In this document: positions 38,765-49,308 of the stretch, piece by piece | How positions within the stretch are numbered: position 1 is the first letter of the stretch | Layout of the letters: every line of letters starts with the position of its first letter | Source: Promethearchaeia archaeon | Lineage (GTDB): Archaea; Asgardarchaeota; Lokiarchaeia; Sigyniarchaeales; SOKP01 | DNA length: 64,000 nt | Direction of reading: 5' to 3' | Assembly: GCA_029856145.1 (NCBI GenBank) | Contig: JAHQWK010000029.1 | Span: forward strand, 1-64,000 | Translations under genes and position numbers: made by a program | Notes under the pieces: generated by a model | What the model saw: the letters and a program-made list of their open reading frames with translations, nothing else | What the model was told of the DNA's origin: nothing | Databases searched by the model: none

Positions 38765-40537
38765 TTAGTAATTATTATAAATATAATTATCTCTCACATA
38801 ATTTTGAACCCTTTTAATTTCAGCTAAATGAGTTTTAACTTTACCAAATATATAAAAGCGAACATCAGGTCCAGTACCGCTAGGTCGGAAATATAAAGTC
38901 GAATTTTCACTTTTTAATTGATAAATATCAATCATGTTATTGTTATCTGATAATGCATGGACTTTATAGTCTTTTTCGTTAATACTGATGGTTTTTCCAT
39001 CATTTTTTTCAAAGTTTTTCATAATTCTGATTTTCTCTTCATCTACAGCAGGAATTGTACGATTGATACCTTTAATAGTCCAATCAATTGATTCAGAAAT
39101 GATATAACCTCTACATATAAGTTCTGTTATTAACACTAAGGCAGGGACGGGGTACTTATCTGCTATAATTGTAAAATCAGTGGAAAAATTATATTCTTTG
39201 GTTTCATTATTCTTATAAACGTCCAAAACATTTAGGGTATGGCCCCCACTCTCTTCCCAATACACCATTAAATAGGATTCCTTCTCTATTTGTTGATTTT
39301 CCATTAATTTTATTATCTGTTGTTTAAGTGGTGTTGGTTTATTAATTTTAATTAGGGTTCCATTCTCATCTTCAAAATAAAGTATTGCAGTATCAATTTT
39401 TGATTGCTCTACTTCGACTCCGAGAAGAAAATACATAATCACCCCCAGATGTTTATATCCAACCCCCGTTAAAATGTTAATAAAACTTGTCTTATCTCCT
39501 CGTAAATCACTAGGGATTGTCCTTACATTTATGATTTTTTTATTAAATTCCTTTGCTAAAATATTATGCATAGCTGTGTAAATCTCATTTGGAATATACG
39601 TATAATATTTTCCATTCTGTTTAACATATAAAACAATTCTATCTCTATCAGCATCTAAAAGCAAAGCAATATTTGAATTAGCTTGTTCCATTATTTTTTG
39701 CAGTTTTTCCTCTTGTACATTTTTAAGAGGGTTAGGAGGATTGAGTTCCTCATCGATAACTGTGACATTGGCACCATAGTGCTTAAATAGATTTACAATA
39801 CCTCTAGCCTTACCTAAATAAGGCCAAATTACTATATTCATATCTCTTATACTCTTAATTTCTATGACTTTTGATACCAAATTGATTACGTAATCATTGT
39901 TTTTTTGCTCAGCATCGAGGCTAATGGGTGTGAAGTCTGATTTTAATTGAATTTCATTCACATCAAGAGCTTTTTTCGAGATATCCTTAAATAAATCGCC
40001 TGACATTGGGATAGGGTAATTTATATATAGTTTTATACCGTTCCAAGATAAATCATTGTGACTAGCAGTTAAAACTAAAATTAAGTTTATGTCTTTGTAT
40101 AATGCGACTGATGCCGCTCCATAGGGAGCAGAAATCTTTGATTCTCCGGGATTGTCTTTTTGATAATGAATCTTAAATCCATCATAAGCAAAAATTTCAG
40201 AACAAAACTGGAGCAAAAGATCCTTAGTTGGTCTGTTATCTGTAAAAATTAGTAAATTTAAATTTTGATTTCCCTTCATTTCTTTAAATTTTAAGCTAAT
40301 CGCTTTAAACATCCTAAGGAATAGAAAGAACTTTCTCTTGGTCAGAACATATGATTCTTCATCTTCCTGTTTTTGAACTTCAAGAATTTGAATTCGTAAC
40401 CCTGATGTAGGAGCAACAATAGGATTAATAATATTTTTTTCTTCTTCAGTTAGTTCTGGTAACTTTATAATCTTTATTCCTTCTTCTGATTGGTCTAATT
40501 TAATATCTTCGATTTCAAAATTAAACAAAAATTTCAC
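38765..40537 (-). CDS. Alpha-D-phosphohexomutase family protein
   Basis: TASHN phosphoserine loop, DADRDR metal loop, EESGG, RPSGT. Confidence 0.85.
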   Translation of the reverse strand: MKFLFNFEIEDIKLDQSEEGIKIIKLPELTEEEKNIINPIVAPTSGLRIQILEVQKQEDEESYVLTKRKFFLFLRMFKAISLKFKEMKGNQNLNLLIFTDNRPTKDLLLQFCSEIFAYDGFKIHYQKDNPGESKISAPYGAASVALYKDINLILVLTASHNDLSWNGIKLYINYPIPMSGDLFKDISKKALDVNEIQLKSDFTPISLDAEQKNNDYVINLVSKVIEIKSIRDMNIVIWPYLGKARGIVNLFKHYGANVTVIDEELNPPNPLKNVQEEKLQKIMEQANSNIALLLDADRDRIVLYVKQNGKYYTYIPNEIYTAMHNILAKEFNKKIINVRTIPSDLRGDKTSFINILTGVGYKHLGVIMYFLLGVEVEQSKIDTAILYFEDENGTLIKINKPTPLKQQIIKLMENQQIEKESYLMVYWEESGGHTLNVLDVYKNNETKEYNFSTDFTIIADKYPVPALVLITELICRGYIISESIDWTIKGINRTIPAVDEEKIRIMKNFEKNDGKTISINEKDYKVHALSDNNNMIDIYQLKSENSTLYFRPSGTGPDVRFYIFGKVKTHLAEIKRVQNYVRDNYIYNNY

Positions 40538-40575
40538 CCTAAATTGATTTAAATTACATTATATTTAATTGAATC

Positions 40576-41454
40576 TTAAGAAATTTCTTTTATTGCTTCT
40601 TTCAAGATTGCTAATATCTTTTCTCGGTAAATAGGTTCGATTGCAATCATTCCATGAGTTTTTATGACACGGCTTTCGCTAGATAGAATTTTTTGGCAGA
40701 ATTCTGGAGTTAACCTATTTGTTAAATCTTGTTTATTTGCTATACCAATTACTAGTTTATCCTGATAAAATTTATCTAATACTTCATGAATTATCTCTTT
40801 TGAGTTGTTAATATTCTCAAATGTAGAATCTGTAATAAGAAGAGTTATGTCCGTTCCTTGTAAAAGACTTTTCCATAGGGATCTGAATTGAGCTTGTCCC
40901 GCAAAGTCCCATAGAGTTATGGATCTCTCAAATTCATCACCCTCATAAGAAGCAATATCAGCAGTGATTGTTGGAACATATTCAAGATCTACATCCTTTC
41001 CACAGATCAACTTTGTTAGAGTAGTTTTTCCAACACCACCAAATCCTATAATGGATACTTTAATTGCTCCTAAAATGATATCATCTAACTCTGTTTCAAA
41101 TTCAGTAAAGATACTTCGATTTCCTGCCCAGCTCCCATCCTCTAAAATCTTCCTATATTTCTCGAGAAATCTGGTTCTAATACTTAATATTTTAGAATTT
41201 ACACTAACATCATCATCTTCTAAATCAGTGCAAACTACGATGATAATCATATCTATTATCGTATAAAAATATTTGAAATCCTCTGTTTGTGTGCTTTTAA
41301 TATCACTTTGACTAATTTCTTTCATAAATCCCGAAAAAGCACTTAAGAAACCAGCTAATAAATCTCTATCTACTTCAGAAGTTCCATAGTTCCTGAATAA
41401 CAATGACTTACCGTCTTTCGTAAGACAATTAACGTACTGGATCAACTTTTCCAC
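40576..41454 (-). CDS. Longin-domain small GTPase fusion
   Basis: N-terminal DGKSLLFRNY...LLAGFLSAF..F.KE longin pattern; GFGGVGKT, PT, WDFAGQ, NKQD. Confidence 0.88.
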   Translation of the reverse strand: MEKLIQYVNCLTKDGKSLLFRNYGTSEVDRDLLAGFLSAFSGFMKEISQSDIKSTQTEDFKYFYTIIDMIIIVVCTDLEDDDVSVNSKILSIRTRFLEKYRKILEDGSWAGNRSIFTEFETELDDIILGAIKVSIIGFGGVGKTTLTKLICGKDVDLEYVPTITADIASYEGDEFERSITLWDFAGQAQFRSLWKSLLQGTDITLLITDSTFENINNSKEIIHEVLDKFYQDKLVIGIANKQDLTNRLTPEFCQKILSSESRVIKTHGMIAIEPIYREKILAILKEAIKEIS

Positions 41455-41589
41455 TTAAGAAGTTTTTTATAATAGCACAATATTAATTAAATAATAAATT
41501 TCGATAAAAAATAAATTTTGTAAAAGTTCTTACTTTCTAACAATTAAAAACTTTTTTTATTAAAATAACTTTAAAAAAAAAGTATAAAA

Positions 41590-42243
41590 TTATGAATTAT
41601 TGATCTTTAAGATTTTCTTTCTCTTATAAATCATAGTAACGGCTATAATTCCTACTACTAATATTGATATTGTTGTGGATAAGGTATAACCTGGAATTTC
41701 AGGACCAGGACTTGTCATTACAAAATTCTCCATAACGTTATAAGTTCCAGATTCACTAAATTCTGAGCTGGTGAAATCATATTCAAAGATTATTTCTAGA
41801 TCAAGAGGGAATAAATCGTTCGTTATAAGAAATGAATGAATACTATAATTATAAAGTAAATCTCCGAATTGGATTAAACTTGTACTATCAACTCCAACAC
41901 CAGAGTGGTTATTCCAAGTTCCATCATAAGAGAAACTAGCATTAAAAGTTAATGTAGCTGTCAACATTGTGACAAATAGTGAATTCAAGGTGATAACAAA
42001 AACATCTGATACTAATTCCGAATGAGTATCGTCAAGTTTTACGAACATAGCTCCAAAGACTATGCTATAATTAAGCGTTGTCGTATCATAAACGAAAGTA
42101 AATGACTTAATCTCTTCAAAAATTTTTTGCGAAGCATTTTCATATTCACTACGATACGCACCTAAAACAGTAGTAGGACCACTTCCCAGTAAAAGGACGG
42201 AAAAAACTAATAACACCAAACTACCTTTACTTATTTTTTTCAT
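41590..42243 (-). CDS. Secreted protein with Loki-CTERM-like (IPGY-TM-basic) sorting signal
   Basis: Signal peptide MKKISK-hydrophobic; PEIPGY-TM-KRKK. Confidence 0.8.
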   Translation of the reverse strand: MKKISKGSLVLLVFSVLLLGSGPTTVLGAYRSEYENASQKIFEEIKSFTFVYDTTTLNYSIVFGAMFVKLDDTHSELVSDVFVITLNSLFVTMLTATLTFNASFSYDGTWNNHSGVGVDSTSLIQFGDLLYNYSIHSFLITNDLFPLDLEIIFEYDFTSSEFSESGTYNVMENFVMTSPGPEIPGYTLSTTISILVVGIIAVTMIYKRKKILKINNS

Positions 42244-42475
42244 TAAAAATCGCTATTTTTAATTGGTAGTTAATAAGTATGATACCATAACTCTTAAGCA
42301 TGTTTGACATTAATGTTAAAGAAACATTTTCATAATTATATTATATCCTTTGGCTGCATCTAAAGATTTAAAGTCAACAACTATCTTACTCTTCGCTTGG
42401 AAGGTGGGGAAACTATAATTTATGTGAAAAATAACTATAATTTATAGGTATGACAAAATAGTAAGTTAGGAGTGA

Positions 42476-42652
42476 GATGAGCCTTTTTTCTTTATGAAAT
42501 GTATTAGAATGAAGCAAAACGGTTTATGGGAACGCCCTTCGTTAAAAGAAGGGATAACTATTAAAGTTGGATTAGAAGAATTGAGTAATATTTTATCTGT
42601 ATTAAAGCTTAGAAAAGATTCTTATAAACATTCCTATATTAAATCATCTTGA
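42476..42652 (+). pseudogene. Probable gene remnant / small ORF
   Basis: DEPFFFMKCIRMKQNGLWERPSLKEGITIKVGLEELSNILSVL... is protein-like, but stops lie immediately upstream; 52 aa from ATG 42494. Confidence 0.4.
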
Positions 42653-42814
42653 AGATGTATTTTATTAAAATATTACTGAAATCAAGTTAATTTTTTTTAC
42701 TTCAGAAGTTTTTTATACGAGCATTATATTAATAAAATAATAATTTTATATGCAAATTAACTCTGTCTTTTTAACGTTTATCTCTTCAAATGCATATCAA
42801 TAAGAGGAAAATTA

Positions 42815-43414
42815 ATGGTAGATAAAAATAATTTAGAAAAAGAAGATACCGTTAAATTTATCAAAGAAGCTAATGAAAAAATTGATAAATTCGCATCGAT
42901 CCTCGAGAAGTTTGGACTAGATATTATTACTAAGATGGGTCAAACAAACCTAAAAATTAATGTATTAACTGATAAAATCAATGAGTTAAGTAAAGCAACA
43001 CTCGATATAAAATCATTAGTACCTCAATTAAATAATGTAATTGAAAACCAAAAGATCCTTGAAGCGGAGCTTGACTTAATTAGATCTTTAATCCAAAGAT
43101 CAGAGATTTCATTATCCTCGAAACATATGGAAAGCGAAGAAATTGCACGAGATACATCCGTAACTGATAAAAAACAATTAATTATAGATCAATTCAACGA
43201 TCTCAAAAATGAGGTTGATGAACTTAACGATCCAGAATTAGTGGTTGAACGACTTGATAATATCAAGGAAGACATATTTATCTTCAAAGGAGGCCATAGG
43301 ATTCTCTATGAGATTTCACAATTTGTAAAAAAATTGAATGGATTAGAGACCATTCCAGATGATATAAAAGAATCTGTAAAAGAGAAAATTGTTTTTTGGA
43401 TAAATAAACTTTAA
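42815..43414 (+). CDS. Coiled-coil protein with C-terminal WxxKL helical domain
   Basis: Heptad N-terminal half; C-terminus aligns with that of 14331..16532. Confidence 0.7.
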   Translation: MVDKNNLEKEDTVKFIKEANEKIDKFASILEKFGLDIITKMGQTNLKINVLTDKINELSKATLDIKSLVPQLNNVIENQKILEAELDLIRSLIQRSEISLSSKHMESEEIARDTSVTDKKQLIIDQFNDLKNEVDELNDPELVVERLDNIKEDIFIFKGGHRILYEISQFVKKLNGLETIPDDIKESVKEKIVFWINKL

Positions 43415-43748
43415 TCCCACCTAAGATATTTACTCTTTTTCTAATCCCGTCAAAATCTTCTCTTATTTATATTAATATTTTTAATTCTATGAAAGTAATT
43501 TTAGAGAGAATTAAGGAGAAGGTGTATTAAAAGAAAAATATGTGAAATCAATGAGATATTATCTTCTCTCTATTCGCTTAGTTTAATTGAGGTAAATAGT
43601 GATCAAAGTGGTTAATAGAAATTGTAATAATATCTATTTAAATCTCAAGATTTTTTGGAATGAAAGCATTTGCATCAAAAATTAAAACTCATAAAAGAAA
43701 GGATTTTAAAAAATAATTATTGAAAAAGTGAACCTGAAAAAAATATCC

Positions 43749-44330
43749 TTATTTTTCTTCTAGTTTTGAACGCAAAGTAAGTTCAGCAATTTTTTGAAAT
43801 ATAAGATGGGCTTTTTCCCCTGTTAACGCTGAAGTTTCAAAAAAAGGCGCAGCTATTTTTTCACTTAAATGTTCAGCCATGGGTAATATAATCTTTCTTT
43901 CGTCTTTAAGGTCAATTTTATTACCAATTAAAATACGGGGAATTCCTGAAAGGCCGTATTTCACTGAAGTCTGCCACCAATTGTTTATATTTGAAAATGA
44001 ACTTGAGCGTGTTATATCATAAACTAACATCATCCCATCAGCACCGTTAAAATAGGGCCGATGTAACATGTAGAATTGCGGTTGTCCTGCTATATCCCAA
44101 ATCATGAGATTTACTGTGGTGTCCTTGCCCATATCATCCTTAATTGTGACTGGTTCCTTTGTAATATTGACACCCACGGTTGGAATATATTCATAATCAA
44201 ATTTTTCACCACAGAAATTCGTCAAAAGGCTTGTTTTACCAACAGCAGGATCTCCAATTACTATTATTTTGAAGATCATCTCAGTTTTTCCTTGAAACAC
44301 TATTTTTCCTTTTTCTTTATCATCTGTCAT
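43749..44330 (-). CDS. Rab-like small GTPase
   Basis: GDPAVGKT, PTVG, WDIAGQ, NKID, ETSA. Confidence 0.95.
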   Translation of the reverse strand: MTDDKEKGKIVFQGKTEMIFKIIVIGDPAVGKTSLLTNFCGEKFDYEYIPTVGVNITKEPVTIKDDMGKDTTVNLMIWDIAGQPQFYMLHRPYFNGADGMMLVYDITRSSSFSNINNWWQTSVKYGLSGIPRILIGNKIDLKDERKIILPMAEHLSEKIAAPFFETSALTGEKAHLIFQKIAELTLRSKLEEK

Positions 44331-44411
44331 GATTTTGGTAAAGTATCTTTTTGAAATTTTTAAGTTTTTAATTAATTAATTAATGAAATTCCAATATAAA
44401 AATTTTAATTA

Positions 44412-44954
44412 TTATTCTTGAAGTTGTATTCGTTTTTTTATTTCAAATTTCGAAGTTTTGCTTTTCTCGCGAGAGATAAAAAATATTTCATTTAAGAGAA
44501 AATGAATTTCATTCCAATTGTCCTGTAAATTCTTCATTATGTTTAGAAGGTTATTTTTCCCTTGAATTTGACCGACGCTCAAATGCGGTCTAAATCCATG
44601 TTTATATTTATTTACATCATTACAATCGGGGATAATTTCTATAATTATAGCTTGTAAATTGTTAACCAATTCAACAGGTTCTGGATTGAGCCACAATGTA
44701 TATCTTTGTTTTCCATGGTTAAAATAATTAAACTGCTCTAAATGAATTTCAAAAGGTTTAATAGATTTGCACTTATTTGAAAAATCTTTTTCAAGTGTTG
44801 GATATTCATCTTCTGGTCTAAATGGATACAATAAAGTAATATGGGGCATCCACCGATTAATTTGACGATCATATTTTTCACGAATTTCTTGGATTGGTGC
44901 CCATTTTTCTTCTGGTGGAATTATTACAACCGCAGAAGTATAGACTTTACTCAT
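44412..44954 (-). CDS. 2H phosphoesterase (2'-5' RNA ligase family)
   Basis: PHITL and PHLSV motifs. Confidence 0.88.
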   Translation of the reverse strand: MSKVYTSAVVIIPPEEKWAPIQEIREKYDRQINRWMPHITLLYPFRPEDEYPTLEKDFSNKCKSIKPFEIHLEQFNYFNHGKQRYTLWLNPEPVELVNNLQAIIIEIIPDCNDVNKYKHGFRPHLSVGQIQGKNNLLNIMKNLQDNWNEIHFLLNEIFFISREKSKTSKFEIKKRIQLQE

Positions 44955-45022
44955 AATAATTCTTTTTATAATTTCAAATTAAAAGATTTTTATTTTAGAA
45001 AATTTTACTTCTAATTTGAAAC

Positions 45023-45529
45023 ATGAAGATAAAAAATAGGCATTTCGTTCGAAAATCCGAATTAAATCCCATAAAAGACGAAATCTTAAAACAGTACGAT
45101 CAAAAGTTTATCGATCAAATATTTCCTAAAAAAAGTAATGTTGAAGTTATTGAAACAGAAGCAGGAGATACTTTATTTGCAGTTAATAATGTATTAAAGC
45201 TATGGAGATCGAAAGATGGATATATTCCAGTCCTAACCTTATTAATAAACAACCAGGTAGATTTGAAAACTATTGTAGTGGACTTCGGAGCAGTCCGTTA
45301 CGTTACTAATGGTGCTGATATAATGCGACCAGGAATAACTAAGATAGATTCTTCCATTATAAAAGGAGATATCGTGAGAATCATAGAAGAAACAAAAAGT
45401 AGAGCTTTAGCCGTTGGCAAAGCCATGTTTGATGCTCCTGAGATGGAAGCAAAAAGTTCTGGAAAAGTTGTAAAGAATCTTCATACAATTCAAGATTCTG
45501 TGTGGGAATTTGAAAAGCAGTTTAAATAA
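45023..45529 (+). CDS. PUA-domain RNA-binding protein (MCT-1/Tma20-like)
   Basis: VVDFGAVRYVTNGADIMRPGI...GKVVKNLH..QD. Confidence 0.9.
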   Translation: MKIKNRHFVRKSELNPIKDEILKQYDQKFIDQIFPKKSNVEVIETEAGDTLFAVNNVLKLWRSKDGYIPVLTLLINNQVDLKTIVVDFGAVRYVTNGADIMRPGITKIDSSIIKGDIVRIIEETKSRALAVGKAMFDAPEMEAKSSGKVVKNLHTIQDSVWEFEKQFK

Positions 45530-45821
45530 ATTCTGCTTTCAAAATTGATCCAAGTAGAGTTTTTTCTGATTCTGCTAATTCATTAATGGGATGGCTTTCT
45601 ATTTCATAAGAATCCAATAGTGCACCACATTCTTTAAAGTTGTACAAGTTAATTATTATTTTTAGGCCTTCTTCTACAATTTTTTTATCATCAAGCTCAC
45701 TTGAAGCGTACATTAACTTTATTATTGAATGAGATTTCCATAAATCATTCCCATAAAGTCTATTGCTTACACATAGAAAATCATCAAAAATTTCCCCAAA
45801 AAACTCTACTTCTGAGATCAA
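45522..45821 (-). CDS. Hypothetical protein
   Basis: 99-aa ORF, GAGGTG upstream, convergent 8-nt overlap with the PUA gene. Confidence 0.55.
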   Translation of the reverse strand: MISEVEFFGEIFDDFLCVSNRLYGNDLWKSHSIIKLMYASSELDDKKIVEEGLKIIINLYNFKECGALLDSYEIESHPINELAESEKTLLGSILKAEFI

Positions 45822-46267
45822 TTTAGCCTATACCACCTCAACCCTTACGTGCTGAAAAATACACATTTCTCCCTTGCAATTGCAATTACAAGTATGTATT
45901 TATCCATTAATATATCCAATCCTTTCAGAGGTTTTTCGTTATGATAATACTAACATTTTAGATTTACCTATATATGTACGAAATAAATCACTTTTTCATA
46001 TATTTATTTTCGAAATCATTAATTTTTACATTTTTTCTTTTCAATTTTGTTTATTTTGTTTAACTTTTTTGTATGTTAGTTTTCACATCTGAAATTATAA
46101 GAATGATTTAATAAATAAACAATTAAAACTCTAATAATATCCACATATCTATGTTAGAGAAAAAAATTGGATTTTGATTGTCTAAATATGTTTCTTCTTT
46201 TTCAATTTATAGTAATTAAAAATAACAATTATTATAATCGTACATGGAAGATAAAATATTTTTTTTA

Positions 46268-47197
46268 TTATTCAATCTCGTAAGATATCGCTGTTAGTGA
46301 TTCTACTTCATAAAAACCAAATTTTTTATAGAGATTTAGTGCTTTTTCATTATTAGCTTCAACACCTAATTCGATTATTTTACATCCCTTATCGATTAAT
46401 GATTGAATTCCTAATCCTAAAAGATAACTCCCAATACCCTTATGATGATAACTATGAAGAACACCTAATGTATAAATGATTCCTACATGCTTTAACTCAG
46501 GATTGATATTAAGAAAGCAAATTCCTACAGGATTATTGAATTCTAGTGCAAACCAATATTCAACATCATATCCTTTCCAACCCGCATTGTGTATTGATTT
46601 GAATTCTTCTTCTCTAAAAGGTATGAAATCAAAATGTTCACTAAATGCATCATTAAGAATTTTTACATAATTAGTAAAATCCGTTAATTTCTGATATTTT
46701 TGAAAATCAAATCCCGGTGTAACATTAATTTTAGGAATTGAGTTAAAATTATCCATCCGCATCCAATAATCAAAGTGTATTGGCTCTAATCCCATTTCAT
46801 TAAATTTGATTTGTAGTGGCGATTCTTTTAGAATATATTTACTTATAGCAAATCGGATTTTAGGAACATATTGTTTATTTGCAAGCTCTAAAATCGATTT
46901 AAATAATTGTACATAAAATTTCGACTTAAAATATAGTGGTAATACCTTAAACTCCAACCACCAAGAGTCCCGTTTAGTGGATTTAAAAAGTAATGCAAAA
47001 CCTATTATATCTCCTTTATTATCTTCTGCAATCAAGCAATCTCGAGATAAAACAGTTTGGTCTCCCTGCACTGCGAGAGCGCTATCGAGTTCTTCTTCAC
47101 TTATTGTCCAAACAGGATTTATATCCTTTACTATTCTATCCCATACTTCAATTAATCTCGTTTTATCGGTATTTACATTGAATGACCTGATTTTCAT
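46268..47197 (-). CDS. Tandem-domain GNAT acetyltransferase, paralog 1
   Basis: LGVLHSYHHKGIG, LGVEANNEKALNLYKKFGF. Confidence 0.88.
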   Translation of the reverse strand: MKIRSFNVNTDKTRLIEVWDRIVKDINPVWTISEEELDSALAVQGDQTVLSRDCLIAEDNKGDIIGFALLFKSTKRDSWWLEFKVLPLYFKSKFYVQLFKSILELANKQYVPKIRFAISKYILKESPLQIKFNEMGLEPIHFDYWMRMDNFNSIPKINVTPGFDFQKYQKLTDFTNYVKILNDAFSEHFDFIPFREEEFKSIHNAGWKGYDVEYWFALEFNNPVGICFLNINPELKHVGIIYTLGVLHSYHHKGIGSYLLGLGIQSLIDKGCKIIELGVEANNEKALNLYKKFGFYEVESLTAISYEIE

Positions 47198-47392
47198 GTA
47201 ATTTCACCTCCTATCATTATTGAATAGGGTTTTATTCAATAATCTAAATAAAGTAAGTTATAATGCTTAATAATCGTGCTCTACATTTGAATTATTATTT
47301 TTCAATGATTGGTAATTTATTTTTTCTTTAATAAATTCGAAATATTTTAAATTAGAATTTTAAAAGAAAAAAATCAGATTTTATTGTGTTAT

Positions 47393-48127
47393 TTATCTAT
47401 TTTTTTTTTTTAATTTATAGTGATTATAGGCAACAATTATTATGATCGTACATGGAATAAAGATTAAATAGTAATTTCCAAAAGGGATTTGATTTGTTTG
47501 TGGAATATTACCATATTTTATGTGATATCCAATTGAACCTTCTGAACTTACTTTATATTCAGTTAAAGTACCATTATCGTTAAAATTGAATGTGAAATCA
47601 ATATTGGAGGTAATATTTTGCATAGTTAAAGTATTTCCATTGATATAATAATCATAAAACACCAATAAAGAAGTTTGGTTCAAATAATCTCCAATCCAGG
47701 TCAGATTTAATGGAGTTGGTATAAAAAATAACATTCCAAAAAGTACAATATGCCAATCAGTATAAAAGCCTGTGAATAAATCCCGTGTGGTATCATTGAA
47801 AAACATCGCACTTCCATTGAACACTACATCCCATTGAGGATTTATGTCATACGTACTATAAACCTCTATCGAATAATTAAGTATTGTTCCAGTGTAACTG
47901 GAAGCGTCCTCAGTCCATGTTCCATTATAAATCTCTTCGATAATTACTCTAAATTTTGAGCCTTGACTTAATCCTATAGCAAGATTACCGACCAAAACGG
48001 TCCATATGTGTTCTTCTCCTTCTTCAACGCCATAACTATAATTCATACCTAATGTATTGGTTGTGGATGAAATTGAAATAAAAATAATACTCAAAATAAC
48101 TACTAATGTTTTTTTAACAGATTTCAA
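47393..48127 (-). CDS. Secreted protein with IPFG-type C-terminal anchor
   Basis: Signal peptide, YSYGVEEG...W, FFIPTP, QIPFGNY-TM-KKKNR. Confidence 0.75.
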   Translation of the reverse strand: MKSVKKTLVVILSIIFISISSTTNTLGMNYSYGVEEGEEHIWTVLVGNLAIGLSQGSKFRVIIEEIYNGTWTEDASSYTGTILNYSIEVYSTYDINPQWDVVFNGSAMFFNDTTRDLFTGFYTDWHIVLFGMLFFIPTPLNLTWIGDYLNQTSLLVFYDYYINGNTLTMQNITSNIDFTFNFNDNGTLTEYKVSSEGSIGYHIKYGNIPQTNQIPFGNYYLIFIPCTIIIIVAYNHYKLKKKNR

Positions 48128-48265
48128 ATTGTTTTCCTAGTTGCTAATTAATTTAGGATTTAAAGTAAATTTTAAGTTAGTAAAGGTTTTTCGCTTTTTA
48201 AATATACCTAAGGTTTCCATTTTAGGAGGTTTAAAAACACCTGGAATTTATGAGAGTAGTATTAC

Positions 48266-49195
48266 TTATTTAATCGTATATGTAATGAAAGTGCGTGATT
48301 CCACTCGATTAAAACCATACTTTCTATAGAGAGCTAATGCTTTTTCGTTTTTTGCTTCTACTCCTAATTCAATTGTAGAACATCCCTTTTCAATCAAAGA
48401 TTGGATCCCGTGTCCCAACAAGGAACTGCCAATTCCACGTTGATGATATGCATGTAGCACTCCCAAAGTGGTAATTGTTCCAATATGCTTTAACTCTGGA
48501 TTAATTGTCGAAGAACAAATCCCCACTAATTTGTCATCATCAAAAGCAAACCAGTGCTCTAGATCATAATCTTTCCAAATACCTTCTAAAACTGTCTTGA
48601 ATTCTTCTTCAGTAAGGGGTCTATAATCAAAATGCTTACTAAATGCATCATTACGAACTGTAATATAACTGTTTAAATCATTTACCACTTCTTGTTTTTG
48701 TAAAGTTATATTGATTGGAGTTAATAATTGTGGTTGTGAGCTTACGTCATCTAAACGCATCCAAAAACCATAATTTACTGGTTCAAGTCCCATTTTTTTT
48801 ATCTTATTGTGCAGTGGTGTGTCTATAAATGTGTATTTAGTTGTCACATAGCGGAGTTCTGGAGCATTTTGTTCTTTTGCTAAAATTAGGGTCGAATTAA
48901 ATAATTCTACCATTAGTTCCGATTTAAAGAATTCAGGCAACATATTAAGTTCAAGATACCAAAAATCGCGTTTGGAAGATTTAAAAAGCCCTGCATAACC
49001 AATTATGTCTCCTTTGTTAATTTCTGCTACTAAATAATCACGTGAAAGAATAGTTTGATCACCATCTACTTTCATATCTGAATCAAAGACTTCCTCATTC
49101 ACTATCCATATTGGATTGATATCCTTATAGACTTCATTTAATACCGCTATAATTCTCAATTTATCTGTCTCTTCATTGAACGGTCTGATTTTTAT
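48266..49195 (-). CDS. Tandem-domain GNAT acetyltransferase, paralog 2
   Basis: Colinear with 46268..47197; ATA at 49195 aligns with the paralog's ATG after GGTGA (ORF track 49159). Confidence 0.85.
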   Translation of the reverse strand: MKIRPFNEETDKLRIIAVLNEVYKDINPIWIVNEEVFDSDMKVDGDQTILSRDYLVAEINKGDIIGYAGLFKSSKRDFWYLELNMLPEFFKSELMVELFNSTLILAKEQNAPELRYVTTKYTFIDTPLHNKIKKMGLEPVNYGFWMRLDDVSSQPQLLTPINITLQKQEVVNDLNSYITVRNDAFSKHFDYRPLTEEEFKTVLEGIWKDYDLEHWFAFDDDKLVGICSSTINPELKHIGTITTLGVLHAYHQRGIGSSLLGHGIQSLIEKGCSTIELGVEAKNEKALALYRKYGFNRVESRTFITYTIK

Positions 49196-49308
49196 GATAT
49201 TTCACCTAAAATTAAAAGATAAAGTTACATAAGTCACAAAATTATTAAGATTTAGCTCTTTCACGTTAGTTTGATATATTTTATATTTGAGGTTAAGTTA
49301 AAGATATT

